The notes: a model not told the origin generated them from the sequence alone. Counted from the first letter of the stretch, positions 53,121 through 61,163 are shown. The stretch is 62,424 nucleotides of DNA from Prochlorococcus sp. AG-424-A03 (GCA_003213375.1 QCNA01000001.1:1-62424), one strand, 5' to 3'. Numbers and translations: made by a program.

Positions 53121-53681
53121 ATGGCAATGAAAGAAAATAATCTTAAGTTAAAGAAATTAATTAATTTTGGTCCATCTGGAAGAGCTGTCGCACAACCAAT
53201 TGACAAAAGTTTATTGGATAATATTTTTGAACATTTAACGATGGAAAGATATGCCAATGTTCAATATTTTTCTATATACCTCTGGTTCCAAGAACGTGAT
53301 TTAAATGGATTTGCTTCTCATTTTCTAAGTGAATCACAAAGTGAAATGGAACATGCTCAGAAATTTGCAGATTACTTAATCGCGAGAGGACAAAGCGTAA
53401 AATTAGATGAAATTTCTGCACCAGTTCAAGCATGGGATTCAATAGAGGATTTGATTTCTTATTCTTTCAATATGGAGGCTGATTTAACTTCATCTCTGCA
53501 ACAACTTTATTCCATTTCAGAAAGAATTTCAGATACAAGAACTAATGTATTTTTAGATCCAATCATTGAGGCTCAAACGAAATCAGAAGATGAATTCGCT
53601 AACATACTTGGTAAAGTAAAGTTTGCTTCTAATCAACCTTCTGCAATCTTATTGATAGATAGTGATTTAAAGAAAATATAG
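53121..53681 (+). CDS. ftn: Ferritin
   Basis: MERYANVQY, LNGFASHF, ESQSEMEHAQKFADY, FLD...Q..SE ferroxidase-type pattern. Confidence 0.92.
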   Translation: MAMKENNLKLKKLINFGPSGRAVAQPIDKSLLDNIFEHLTMERYANVQYFSIYLWFQERDLNGFASHFLSESQSEMEHAQKFADYLIARGQSVKLDEISAPVQAWDSIEDLISYSFNMEADLTSSLQQLYSISERISDTRTNVFLDPIIEAQTKSEDEFANILGKVKFASNQPSAILLIDSDLKKI

Positions 53682-53957
53682 ATTACTTTCAAATTTATTT
53701 TCATTCAATGTTCTTTTCGTAGATTCAATAAGTAAATTAGAAAAGTTAATATTCTCACTATTGTTTTTATTTAAAAGCTCAGCTATTTTGTAAATCTCAC
53801 TAACTCTTTTAAAAAGATTTTTGTTTTCAGAAAATAATCTTCCCCTCAATGCTTTATTTTCTGTAGATTTGTAGGATTGCTTGATATTTCTGAGTCTATT
53901 CGATAAAACTTCAACTTCCATTAACAAGTTGTTAGTAAGTGATAGTGATTCCTTCAT
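53667..53957 (-). CDS. Hypothetical helical protein, likely co-transcribed with the Crp regulator
   Basis: Start at ATG 53957 (MKESLSLTNN), 4 nt after the crp stop; 3' end overlaps the ferritin stop. Confidence 0.75.
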   Translation of the reverse strand: MKESLSLTNNLLMEVEVLSNRLRNIKQSYKSTENKALRGRLFSENKNLFKRVSEIYKIAELLNKNNSENINFSNLLIESTKRTLNENKFESNLYFL

Positions 53958-53961
53958 ATTT

Positions 53962-54549
53962 TTATAGCGGCGATGTTTCAATAAAAGAAGGAGCAACGCT
54001 AACTGTTGCGGTTCCAATAGGAGCTATTAATAACTCAGATGATCTTAATTTAGAAATTAATCTTGTTGATGTTACTCGTGTAGAACCAATTAATTCACCA
54101 ATCCTTTCATGAGTTAACCTAAAAGGTAACTCACACCATTGACCACATCTTCTACCTAGACGATTTACCAGTATTGAAAACAACGCTTGTAATCGTTGTT
54201 CTGCGCTTCCTAAGTGTCTAATCCTAAGGAGTTGCAATGTCCATTCATTTACTGCATCGAAACCAATATTCTTATCAATATTTACATTGCTGTGAAAAGA
54301 CAAATCTGTTAGTGCTTCAACACAGACACCCTCGCTACATAAAAGGTCGGTTCTTAATTGATCTCCTGATTGTAAAAATGCGAGTGTCATTCCTTCAGTT
54401 TCTTCACATGGACAATAAACTCTTGCAATTCCACTTTCAACTTCTAGGCATGTCCCTTTTGGTCTTGATGAAGGATCTATTAATACGGATTGTCCAATTA
54501 TTATCCTTACTGATTTTGACGGAGATTCTCCATAACTATGGAAATTCAT
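53962..54549 (-). CDS. Crp/Fnr-family transcriptional regulator (IdiB-like, Cys-rich)
   Basis: C-terminal HTH LTHERIGELIGSTRVTSTRLISKL; five Cys in the sensory domain. Confidence 0.9.
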   Translation of the reverse strand: MNFHSYGESPSKSVRIIIGQSVLIDPSSRPKGTCLEVESGIARVYCPCEETEGMTLAFLQSGDQLRTDLLCSEGVCVEALTDLSFHSNVNIDKNIGFDAVNEWTLQLLRIRHLGSAEQRLQALFSILVNRLGRRCGQWCELPFRLTHERIGELIGSTRVTSTRLISKLRSSELLIAPIGTATVSVAPSFIETSPL

Positions 54550-54561
54550 TTATTTAAATAT

Positions 54562-54580
54562 GATAATGAGAATTATTATC
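54562..54580. promoter_or_regulatory. Fur box upstream of the Crp regulator
   Basis: GATAATGAGAATTATTATC, 17/19 match to consensus, 12 nt upstream of the crp ATG. Confidence 0.85.
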
Positions 54581-54606
54581 AATTATGCTCCAAAAAATTA
54601 CTTATT

Positions 54607-54625
54607 GCAATAGATTCTCATTATC
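54607..54625. promoter_or_regulatory. Second Fur-like box
   Basis: Reverse complement GATAATGAGAATCTATTGC, 14/19 match. Confidence 0.6.
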
Positions 54626-54702
54626 ATGACATTTCTGAAGTTTTTCTTTACATAGTATTTAGGAATATAATTTAGGTAGAATTGCAAAATATTTTATTTT
54701 AA

Positions 54703-54891
54703 ATGAGCGTAAATAGAGTTTGCTTTAATTGTGGAAGTTCTTCATTCGTCTCAGACCGATCTTTAGGTGGTAAGATTGTATGTTCTAAATGTGGATCTTC
54801 TTCATTTAAAAATAAATCCTCCTCATTTTTAAAAAGTAAAAGATTAGTATTTCTTGCTATTGCGATTTTTATTTTTATAATTGTTATTTAG
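54703..54891 (+). CDS. Small zinc-ribbon protein with C-terminal membrane anchor
   Basis: CFNC-x14-CSKC followed by LVFLAIAIFIFIIVI. Confidence 0.7.
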   Translation: MSVNRVCFNCGSSSFVSDRSLGGKIVCSKCGSSSFKNKSSSFLKSKRLVFLAIAIFIFIIVI

Positions 54892-55672
54892 ATAATTTGT
54901 TTATATGCCAAAGTCCATTATTATTTGTTATTTCTACTTGAATACCAAATAACTTATTAAAATTTTCATTATTCATAACCTTATTTTGATCTCCATCAGC
55001 CATTATTTCGCCATCTTTTAGCATTATGACCCGGTCATAAATTTTGGTAATCGTTGAAATATCATGAGTGACGCATAAAATTTTCGTATTCAATTTTGAT
55101 AATTCATTAACCTTATCAATTACAAAAAACTTTGATTTATAATCTAGATTTGCAGTTGGTTCATCTAGGATTAAGATTTCCGGTTTTTTGATTAATGCCC
55201 TTGCAATTAAAGAAATTTGTTTTTCTCCATCTGATAAATATGAAAAATTCTTTTTAGTTAAATTAGAAATATTCATTTTCTTCATGATTTTTTCCACCTT
55301 ATAAGAATCTATTTCAGATTTTTTTTGTATGTAACAATATCTTCCATATAGTCCACTTAAAATTAAATCAAAAACTTGTAAATTTGGATTTATTCTATTT
55401 TTTATATCATTATTTACAGTACTTATTTTATTTCTTAGTTCCCATAAATTTATAAGTTCTTTGTCAAATATCTTCAGTTTCGATTCATTAGCTACTACTG
55501 GGTATATGTTTCTATTAATTATTTCAATTAAGGATGATTTACCTGAACCATTTGGGCCTATTAATATTACATTTTCTGAATACGATATCTTTAAATTTAA
55601 ATCCTTAATTACTTTAAAGCCATTTTTGAAACAATTTATATTTTTTGCGTCAAACCAGAATTTTTTAAACAC
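54884..55672 (-). CDS. Orphan ABC ATP-binding protein (ModF/YlmA-like)
   Basis: GPNGSGKS, variant signature LSDGEKQ, LDEPT, VTHD. Confidence 0.85.
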   Translation of the reverse strand: MFKKFWFDAKNINCFKNGFKVIKDLNLKISYSENVILIGPNGSGKSSLIEIINRNIYPVVANESKLKIFDKELINLWELRNKISTVNNDIKNRINPNLQVFDLILSGLYGRYCYIQKKSEIDSYKVEKIMKKMNISNLTKKNFSYLSDGEKQISLIARALIKKPEILILDEPTANLDYKSKFFVIDKVNELSKLNTKILCVTHDISTITKIYDRVIMLKDGEIMADGDQNKVMNNENFNKLFGIQVEITNNNGLWHINKLSK

Positions 55673-55776
55673 TACAACTTATTACTCCAAAATATAATCA
55701 ATTGAATCGAGCTTAAAATAAATATAAAGAGATAAAGCCAATTCAACCATAAAGGTCTATCTACTTTCTTCATAGA

Positions 55777-57099
55777 TTATATTATCAACATAAAAAATAT
55801 AAGCGGAGCAGCAAATCTTACAAATGTTTTTCTAATAATATCAATATTATTCGCAATTTCTAACTTCTTTATCTCAGGAGGATATTTCAATATCACTTTT
55901 TCATATACATCAAGATTTTGGGTTTTGTTAATATTTTTCCATGGTTCATCTTTATCTTCAGACTTCTTGTACCACTTCCAAAAATAATTTATTATTCTAT
56001 CTTCTCCCAATAATTTTATTTCATCCTTACTTATTAATCCCATATCGTGATTATATGTTTGTGTTTTTAAAATCATATAATCCTCATTGAATATCTTATA
56101 AAAAATTTTTCTTTGAGTCTCTTTAAATAATAAGAGATTATTAAGCAGTTTATTTTGTAGAAATTTCCTGTAGTGTCTCACTATCACTCTTGCTTTGTTT
56201 TTTCCTAGAGGAATATGATCTAAAACTTGTAAATATCTTGATGAGGAAGGATCGCCTTTGTAAATTAATATCCTTCCTGGAGGTATATATTTTATCCGAA
56301 TAAATTCTTTTGTAGGGTCATTCTTGTAATAATAAATACTTTCAATATATTTGGGATTAATATTAATTTTCTGGTTAAAACTAACTAATACGTTTTTATT
56401 CACATCTTTATCCGGGATTGTATCGCCATGAACCCAAAATATATGAAGGATATCTAGGTGGTTTTCAATAATCCTTGACCAATCACATTTGAAGTCGACT
56501 AATACCTCCTCAAAGACATAATCCTTATGTGAAAAACCATTTTCATATAATTCGTAGTTACTTATAGGTGTATCTTCACTTATATTAATTAAATCAGTCT
56601 CAGATTTTTTAGAAAAATGTACAAAAATATATCCATTTTTTTCTGAAGTTTTGTATTGAGATAAATGAATTCTTTTGGCGTAGTTATCGTAGTTATTATC
56701 AACTATGTGGCGACATGTTATTCTGTCGAGATTTTGGCAACTCCCTCCAGATGAAAACTTAGCTCCATGATATGGGCAGGTTATTACCCCATCTGATAAT
56801 GTCCCTCCAAAAAAGGAGGCCCCTCTATGTGGACAAATATTTTTAATGCACCTAACGTTTTTATTTTCATCTCTATAAAGAACAAGAGGCTCATCATAGA
56901 GTGAAAAATAATATAGCTTATTTTTTTTTAGTTCTTTAGAGGGACAAATTGCATACCAACCAAATAAACCTATATTTAAATCTTTTTGATTTTCTCTAAT
57001 ATCGAACGAGTCAATTTTTACTACCGTTCCTTTTTTAAATGGTTTAAGAACGGTATTAAAGTCTTTTGATTTAAAAAAATTAATTTGTCTGTTTTCCAT
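55777..57099 (-). CDS. cao: Rieske non-heme iron oxygenase, probable Prochlorococcus-type chlorophyllide a oxygenase
   Basis: Rieske CPHRG...CPYHG; mononuclear Fe ENHLDILHIFWVH; NED; the cao call rests on recalled synteny next to the Crp/ferritin block. Confidence 0.75.
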   Translation of the reverse strand: MENRQINFFKSKDFNTVLKPFKKGTVVKIDSFDIRENQKDLNIGLFGWYAICPSKELKKNKLYYFSLYDEPLVLYRDENKNVRCIKNICPHRGASFFGGTLSDGVITCPYHGAKFSSGGSCQNLDRITCRHIVDNNYDNYAKRIHLSQYKTSEKNGYIFVHFSKKSETDLINISEDTPISNYELYENGFSHKDYVFEEVLVDFKCDWSRIIENHLDILHIFWVHGDTIPDKDVNKNVLVSFNQKININPKYIESIYYYKNDPTKEFIRIKYIPPGRILIYKGDPSSSRYLQVLDHIPLGKNKARVIVRHYRKFLQNKLLNNLLLFKETQRKIFYKIFNEDYMILKTQTYNHDMGLISKDEIKLLGEDRIINYFWKWYKKSEDKDEPWKNINKTQNLDVYEKVILKYPPEIKKLEIANNIDIIRKTFVRFAAPLIFFMLII

Positions 57100-57257
57100 A
57101 AATTAATTTCTTTTTTTAAATGACTGTTTATCTTTCGGAACTATAACCCAAGTAAATAATCAATTTCTTATAAAAAGAAAATTCTCTATTATTTGTAGCA
57201 ATAATTATGTAGTTATCGCAAAATATTAAATCTCTATCGTATCTTTGTATCTTTATT

Positions 57258-57452
57258 TCATATTTTTTGTATCTTTTGTGATTCTTTCAAATTTTTTATG
57301 TAATCAATAGCATCATCAATATTTTTGTGGAAATTACATTGACCCAAATAACAACCTATAAATCTTAAAAATTTTCTCTTGCCACCACTAATTTCATATC
57401 TATGTATTGTTCCGCCATCTATAGGAGCATAAATAAGTTCTGGTAGTGCCAT
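57258..57452 (-). CDS. Small hypothetical protein
   Basis: 64 aa, APIDGGTIHRYEISGGKRKFLRFIGCYLGQCNFH. Confidence 0.7.
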   Translation of the reverse strand: MALPELIYAPIDGGTIHRYEISGGKRKFLRFIGCYLGQCNFHKNIDDAIDYIKNLKESQKIQKI

Positions 57453-57618
57453 ATTAATTTTGTATTTAATACTTAATTAAACAATAATTCATGTTTAAAT
57501 ACATTTCCATAGCTCAAACCATATATTTAATAATTAATTTACTTATTTTTGGATAATTATTTATTGAATACCCATGTATTATTTGTTATCTATTAATTAT
57601 TGATATGAAATTTTTATT

Positions 57619-57714
57619 ATGCCAAAAGCATTTAGGCGTTTTTTAAAAAAATTACCAAAAAAAATTCAAACTATAAAATACTCATTTAGAGAGTTTTTAT
57701 CATCCAAAATATGA
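57619..57714 (+). CDS. Possible 31-aa cationic peptide
   Basis: Read by hand: MPKAFRRFLKKLPKKIQTIKYSFREFLSSKI*. Confidence 0.3.
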   Translation: MPKAFRRFLKKLPKKIQTIKYSFREFLSSKI

Positions 57715-57818
57715 ATAGCTTTTGTGGTTAATAAATTTTTAATTTCTATATTTTTAATAAAACATAGTCCCGAGAGTTAAATTTTAAATTATATTAAATT
57801 TGCAATTTTTGAAAAATT

Positions 57819-58160
57819 ATGATCAAAAGGGTTTTTGCGATATTCTCTTTAACTTTGCTTTTTCTATTTAGTAGTCCAGTTTACTCATTAGATACTTCTT
57901 CTAAAACTCTTGAAAAGTATACTAAAAAGATTTCTAACAAATTCACTAGAACTTACTGCAATACTACCAAATTCGGTATTTCTTATGAAGGGGCTTTGGC
58001 ATTTGCTATTGGAGAAACTAATAAGGAATTTAAAAATAATAAACTCAATAAATTGATAGATTATTCTCTTCTAAAAAATTCAATAGTTAATGATTTAGAA
58101 AATAATTGCCAGGTTTATGATTTTGCTTTAAGTAATTTAGAAAATTTAAAATTTAACTAG
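57819..58160 (+). CDS. Hypothetical exported protein
   Basis: Signal peptide (VYS), two Cys, YCN...FGIS...A..FAIGE. Confidence 0.75.
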   Translation: MIKRVFAIFSLTLLFLFSSPVYSLDTSSKTLEKYTKKISNKFTRTYCNTTKFGISYEGALAFAIGETNKEFKNNKLNKLIDYSLLKNSIVNDLENNCQVYDFALSNLENLKFN

Positions 58161-58182
58161 AAAAATGTAAATTTTTAAAGGC

Positions 58183-58365
58183 TTATTTTTTACCTATCCA
58201 ATCATTGGGTTTCTCCATCATCCATTCAAAAACACCCTTTGCATCAAGGTTTTTAGATGCATAAATAAATAAAATTGGAAATATTAAAATTACTGCCCCA
58301 ATAACTACTAACTCTATTTTACCGATCCCCATCTCAGTTACTGTTAAGGCAAAATAATTATTCAT
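58183..58365 (-). CDS. Small single-TM hypothetical protein
   Basis: TM segment followed by LDAKGVFEWMMEKPNDWIGK. Confidence 0.7.
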   Translation of the reverse strand: MNNYFALTVTEMGIGKIELVVIGAVILIFPILFIYASKNLDAKGVFEWMMEKPNDWIGKK

Positions 58366-58531
58366 TATCTTTATTGAATTAAAAATTTATATCTACATAA
58401 TTTACAAAAAATTTTAATTCTTTCACTTCTTTATAAAAAATCTTAATTGTTTATATTGAAATATATTTGTATAAAGTACCTATTTTATTGATTCAGAGTT
58501 TTTAATAATTTATATAATATAATTCTTTTTG

Positions 58532-58681
58532 ATGGTTATGAATCATGAAATTATTATTTTCACACCTATTATTGCATTATTGATTGGATCTATAGTTTTT
58601 ACAATTTTAAAAAAAAGAAAAAGATCAGCTAAAAGTATTTATAAATTAATAGATGATTTAGAAAAAAAATACATTTATTAA
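58532..58681 (+). CDS. Small single-TM hypothetical protein (49 aa)
   Basis: Read by hand: MVMNHEIIIFTPIIALLIGSIVFTILKKRKRSAKSIYKLIDDLEKKYIY*. Confidence 0.55.
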   Translation: MVMNHEIIIFTPIIALLIGSIVFTILKKRKRSAKSIYKLIDDLEKKYIY

Positions 58682-58700
58682 TATTTTTTAGGAGAAAAGT

Positions 58701-58997
58701 TTAATCAAACTCTATACCTACTTCTTCTTTTAAATCTCTCTCCAAATCTGGAAGATGAGGTTCAACCCAATGATCTTTGTTATCAATGCCTGCTGCATTT
58801 ACATAATTCATGATGTGTTTATCCACTTGCTTGTAAAGATCATGCAAATTTAAATCCATGCGTATATCATGTGCAATTTCAGAGACTTGTTGTTCTGTTA
58901 GACAATGATCTGGATGAAGTAAATCACAACATGGAATTCTCTTTTCAATCAATTCATTTAGATTGATTTTTATTTCGTAATCTTGATGGACAGTCAT
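58701..58997 (-). CDS. Hypothetical His/Asp-rich protein
   Basis: 98 aa, RIPCCDLLHPDHCL motif. Confidence 0.75.
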   Translation of the reverse strand: MTVHQDYEIKINLNELIEKRIPCCDLLHPDHCLTEQQVSEIAHDIRMDLNLHDLYKQVDKHIMNYVNAAGIDNKDHWVEPHLPDLERDLKEEVGIEFD

Positions 58998-59090
58998 TTA
59001 ATTTATAGTTTTGATTTTATTCTAATTATGTTTAAGGTTTTGTATATCTTTAGTCAAGAAACAAAGTTCTTTAATGCAAATACAGTAATT

Positions 59091-59246
59091 TTAAATAAAT
59101 AGATCTTCCAAATCTTTATACAAATCATCATTCTCTTTTAGGTTTTTTAGATGGTCATGGTGATCTAGTGAGAGTTCTTTTTTTGAGGTGTAGAAAAGAT
59201 ATCCAAGGGCTCCTAAAAGTAATGTTGTTGGTAAAATCATGAGCAT
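59091..59246 (-). CDS. Small single-TM hypothetical protein (51 aa)
   Basis: Read by hand: MLMILPTTLLLGALGYLFYTSKKELSLDHHDHLKNLKENDDLYKDLEDLFI*. Confidence 0.6.
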   Translation of the reverse strand: MLMILPTTLLLGALGYLFYTSKKELSLDHHDHLKNLKENDDLYKDLEDLFI

Positions 59247-59268
59247 TTTATTGACTTATAATGAATAT

Positions 59269-59301
59269 AGTGCAACACTTATTACAGTCAAGTGCTGAAC
59301 T
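59269..59301. promoter_or_regulatory. Tandem palindromic operator-like sites AGTG-N3-CACT
   Basis: AGTGCAACACT (59269-59279) and AGTGCTGAACT (59291-59301), 22 bp apart; third copy at 59729-59739. Confidence 0.5.
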
Positions 59302-59316
59302 TTAATTAATCTTTAA

Positions 59317-59715
59317 ATGCCTACCAAGAAAAAAAGAGTTGGTTTTATTCCTAGAGAAGATGTTATGAGAATAATTGACAAGTTGAGCATAGAGAACAAT
59401 TTAAGTAATTCAAAAATAATAAGTATTTTGGTAGAAGAAGCACTTTCTATAAGAGGTATATTTAATAAAAAAAATGGCAAAGCTACTCAATCATATCAAC
59501 TAAATGAAGATAATTTTCAAAACTTATTTGATAATTCTGGCGACTTTTTAGATAAAGCAAAATTTTCAATTGATAATAACTTAGACAAGCATTTTATTCC
59601 TAGTAAATCAACCCATTTAAATGAGGAGAAGCAGGAGTTTTTTGACTTGCAAACTTATAAAAAGTTTTTATCATTCCTAAAATTTCAGGAAATGATGGAA
59701 AAATATAATACTTAA
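59317..59715 (+). CDS. Putative ribbon-helix-helix (CopG/Arc-like) DNA-binding protein
   Basis: N-terminal KKKRVGFIP strand, then helix, then LSNSKIISILVEEAL helix. Confidence 0.65.
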   Translation: MPTKKKRVGFIPREDVMRIIDKLSIENNLSNSKIISILVEEALSIRGIFNKKNGKATQSYQLNEDNFQNLFDNSGDFLDKAKFSIDNNLDKHFIPSKSTHLNEEKQEFFDLQTYKKFLSFLKFQEMMEKYNT

Positions 59716-59728
59716 TAAAGTGTTGTTA

Positions 59729-59739
59729 AGTGATGCACT
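59729..59739. promoter_or_regulatory. Third AGTG-N3-CACT palindrome
   Basis: AGTGATGCACT just downstream of the RHH-like gene and upstream of ORF 59842. Confidence 0.45.
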
Positions 59740-59841
59740 GTGCGTTAGATTTAATTTGTATTTATAGGAGATTCGCATATTAAAGTTATTTTTCGACATT
59801 TCAAAACCTAAATTCAATTAATCTATAAAATATTTATTCCG

Positions 59842-60156
59842 ATGAATTCACCTCTCCCAGTTCCATCTGTAAATCTACTCCCTCCGGACAAGTTATATTG
59901 TAATTTTAGTTATTGGAGTTCTTTGTTCTCACAGGATATGCAAATTTTATGGGATAGAGCGCATGGAGTACCTTTAGAAAAACTTCCCAAAGGAGTTTCT
60001 GATATGCTTTTTCCGTATTTATTGCTTGCACTCTCAGACTATAAGACTTCGCAAATAAATAAAATGAATGGAATAGGATTAGATAATCTTTTAAGCCTTT
60101 GGTTTGATAAGTATTTATTAAATAAAAATGGTTACTTCGAGCTAATTAAAAAATAA
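59842..60156 (+). CDS. Hypothetical protein
   Basis: 104-aa ORF with normal composition. Confidence 0.7.
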   Translation: MNSPLPVPSVNLLPPDKLYCNFSYWSSLFSQDMQILWDRAHGVPLEKLPKGVSDMLFPYLLLALSDYKTSQINKMNGIGLDNLLSLWFDKYLLNKNGYFELIKK

Positions 60157-60283
60157 TATTTAAAATTAGCTATTAATATCAAATTTGATTTCTATAAAAA
60201 TTTATTACGTTTAAAAATTTTTTAAGTGATTCTTTCCTAATTGGCACATCAATAGTCTTGCTATAAATATATTAAAAGGTTTG

Positions 60284-60379
60284 ATGATGTATTCTTTAAA
60301 TTTCTTTTTAGCAAATATGTGTATTGTCGTTTTGATAATGCAATTCAGGAGAGATATAAAATTAAGAAAAGCAATATAA
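60284..60379 (+). CDS. Possible 31-aa hydrophobic microprotein
   Basis: Read by hand: MMYSLNFFLANMCIVVLIMQFRRDIKLRKAI*. Confidence 0.35.
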   Translation: MMYSLNFFLANMCIVVLIMQFRRDIKLRKAI

Positions 60380-60557
60380 TGAAATTTAATTCAAAAACTC
60401 TAAGCTTGATATTAAATCTGTTATTTTGCTTGTTTATATTTATTATTTAATTTTTTTGTCTTTATTAATTAATTTCAAAAATTTCAAAAGTTAATTTTAG
60501 AATTTGGTTGACATTTTTTGTTAATGAAATGATAATATCAAAAATAATTTTTAAATT

Positions 60558-60731
60558 GTGAATCTTCTTTCAGATACTTTTGATGATTTTGTTGATGATC
60601 TACTTTCATCCGATGTTAATTTGTTGAAAGGGGAACTTGATTTCCTTCTTATGCAGCATTTATTTAATTCGACAGATTTGAAGTGTATTAATAAAACTGA
60701 AATTGAAGATAACGAATCATTAGCTTCTTGA
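60558..60731 (+). CDS. Small acidic hypothetical protein (57 aa, GTG start)
   Basis: Read by hand: MNLLSDTFDDFVDDLLSSDVNLLKGELDFLLMQHLFNSTDLKCINKTEIEDNESLAS*. Confidence 0.55.
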   Translation: MNLLSDTFDDFVDDLLSSDVNLLKGELDFLLMQHLFNSTDLKCINKTEIEDNESLAS

Positions 60732-60737
60732 TTTTTT

Positions 60738-60842
60738 ATGAAATTTTTTTATGAAAAGTTATGGGTCCCTGTTTTTGGATATATTTTATCAAAATTTGTT
60801 TTTTTAATAGAAGGTAAAAAGCAAGATCCTAAAAAAAAATAG
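60738..60842 (+). CDS. Possible 34-aa membrane microprotein
   Basis: Read by hand: MKFFYEKLWVPVFGYILSKFVFLIEGKKQDPKKK*; starts 6 nt after the previous stop. Confidence 0.45.
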   Translation: MKFFYEKLWVPVFGYILSKFVFLIEGKKQDPKKK

Positions 60843-60867
60843 CTTAATTACTTTTTGTCTTTATAAA

Positions 60868-60881
60868 GTATTTTTAATTAC
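60868..60881. promoter_or_regulatory. NtcA-like box
   Basis: GTA-TTTTTAAT-TAC matches GTA-N8-TAC; ~100 nt upstream of ORF 60984. Confidence 0.4.
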
Positions 60882-60983
60882 ATAATTTAAGTCAATATAT
60901 TTTGATAACAACAAAAGTTGTGCTTTAAATTTACGAATATATGCATGGTTGAAATATACATAATTGCTTTTTAGCAAATTAAA

Positions 60984-61163
60984 ATGAACAAAAATAATAT
61001 GTTGAAGCCATATACAGTGCATTACCGCGATTTTCAAAATATAAGATTAGAAAACTGTTTTTATGCCTTTGACGCTTACGAGGCTAGAACACTAGCAATG
61101 GAATTTAATAAGTATATAAATGAGCATCCAAACAGTATAGACCTTATAAGATGCGAAAAATGA
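60984..61163 (+). CDS. Small hypothetical protein (59 aa)
   Basis: Read by hand: MNKNNMLKPYTVHYRDFQNIRLENCFYAFDAYEARTLAMEFNKYINEHPNSIDLIRCEK*. Confidence 0.7.
   Translation: MNKNNMLKPYTVHYRDFQNIRLENCFYAFDAYEARTLAMEFNKYINEHPNSIDLIRCEK

Noticed and set aside
1840-55697. Many 60-156 aa ORFs in the track that lie antisense to or inside core genes (e.g. 7887-8120, 22324-22647, 38796-39170, 47076-47546, 54237-54557)
   Set aside because: They are shadow ORFs on the opposite strand of well-supported genes, with no motifs of their own.
58392-58410. HLR1/RpaB-like TTACA direct repeat
   Set aside because: The repeat spacing is 9 bp rather than the expected 10, in very AT-rich sequence.
59768-59800. 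dif-like sequence (GATTCGCATAT-TAAAGT-TATTTTTCGAC)
   Set aside because: The XerD-arm match is poor and there is no recombinase gene in the window.
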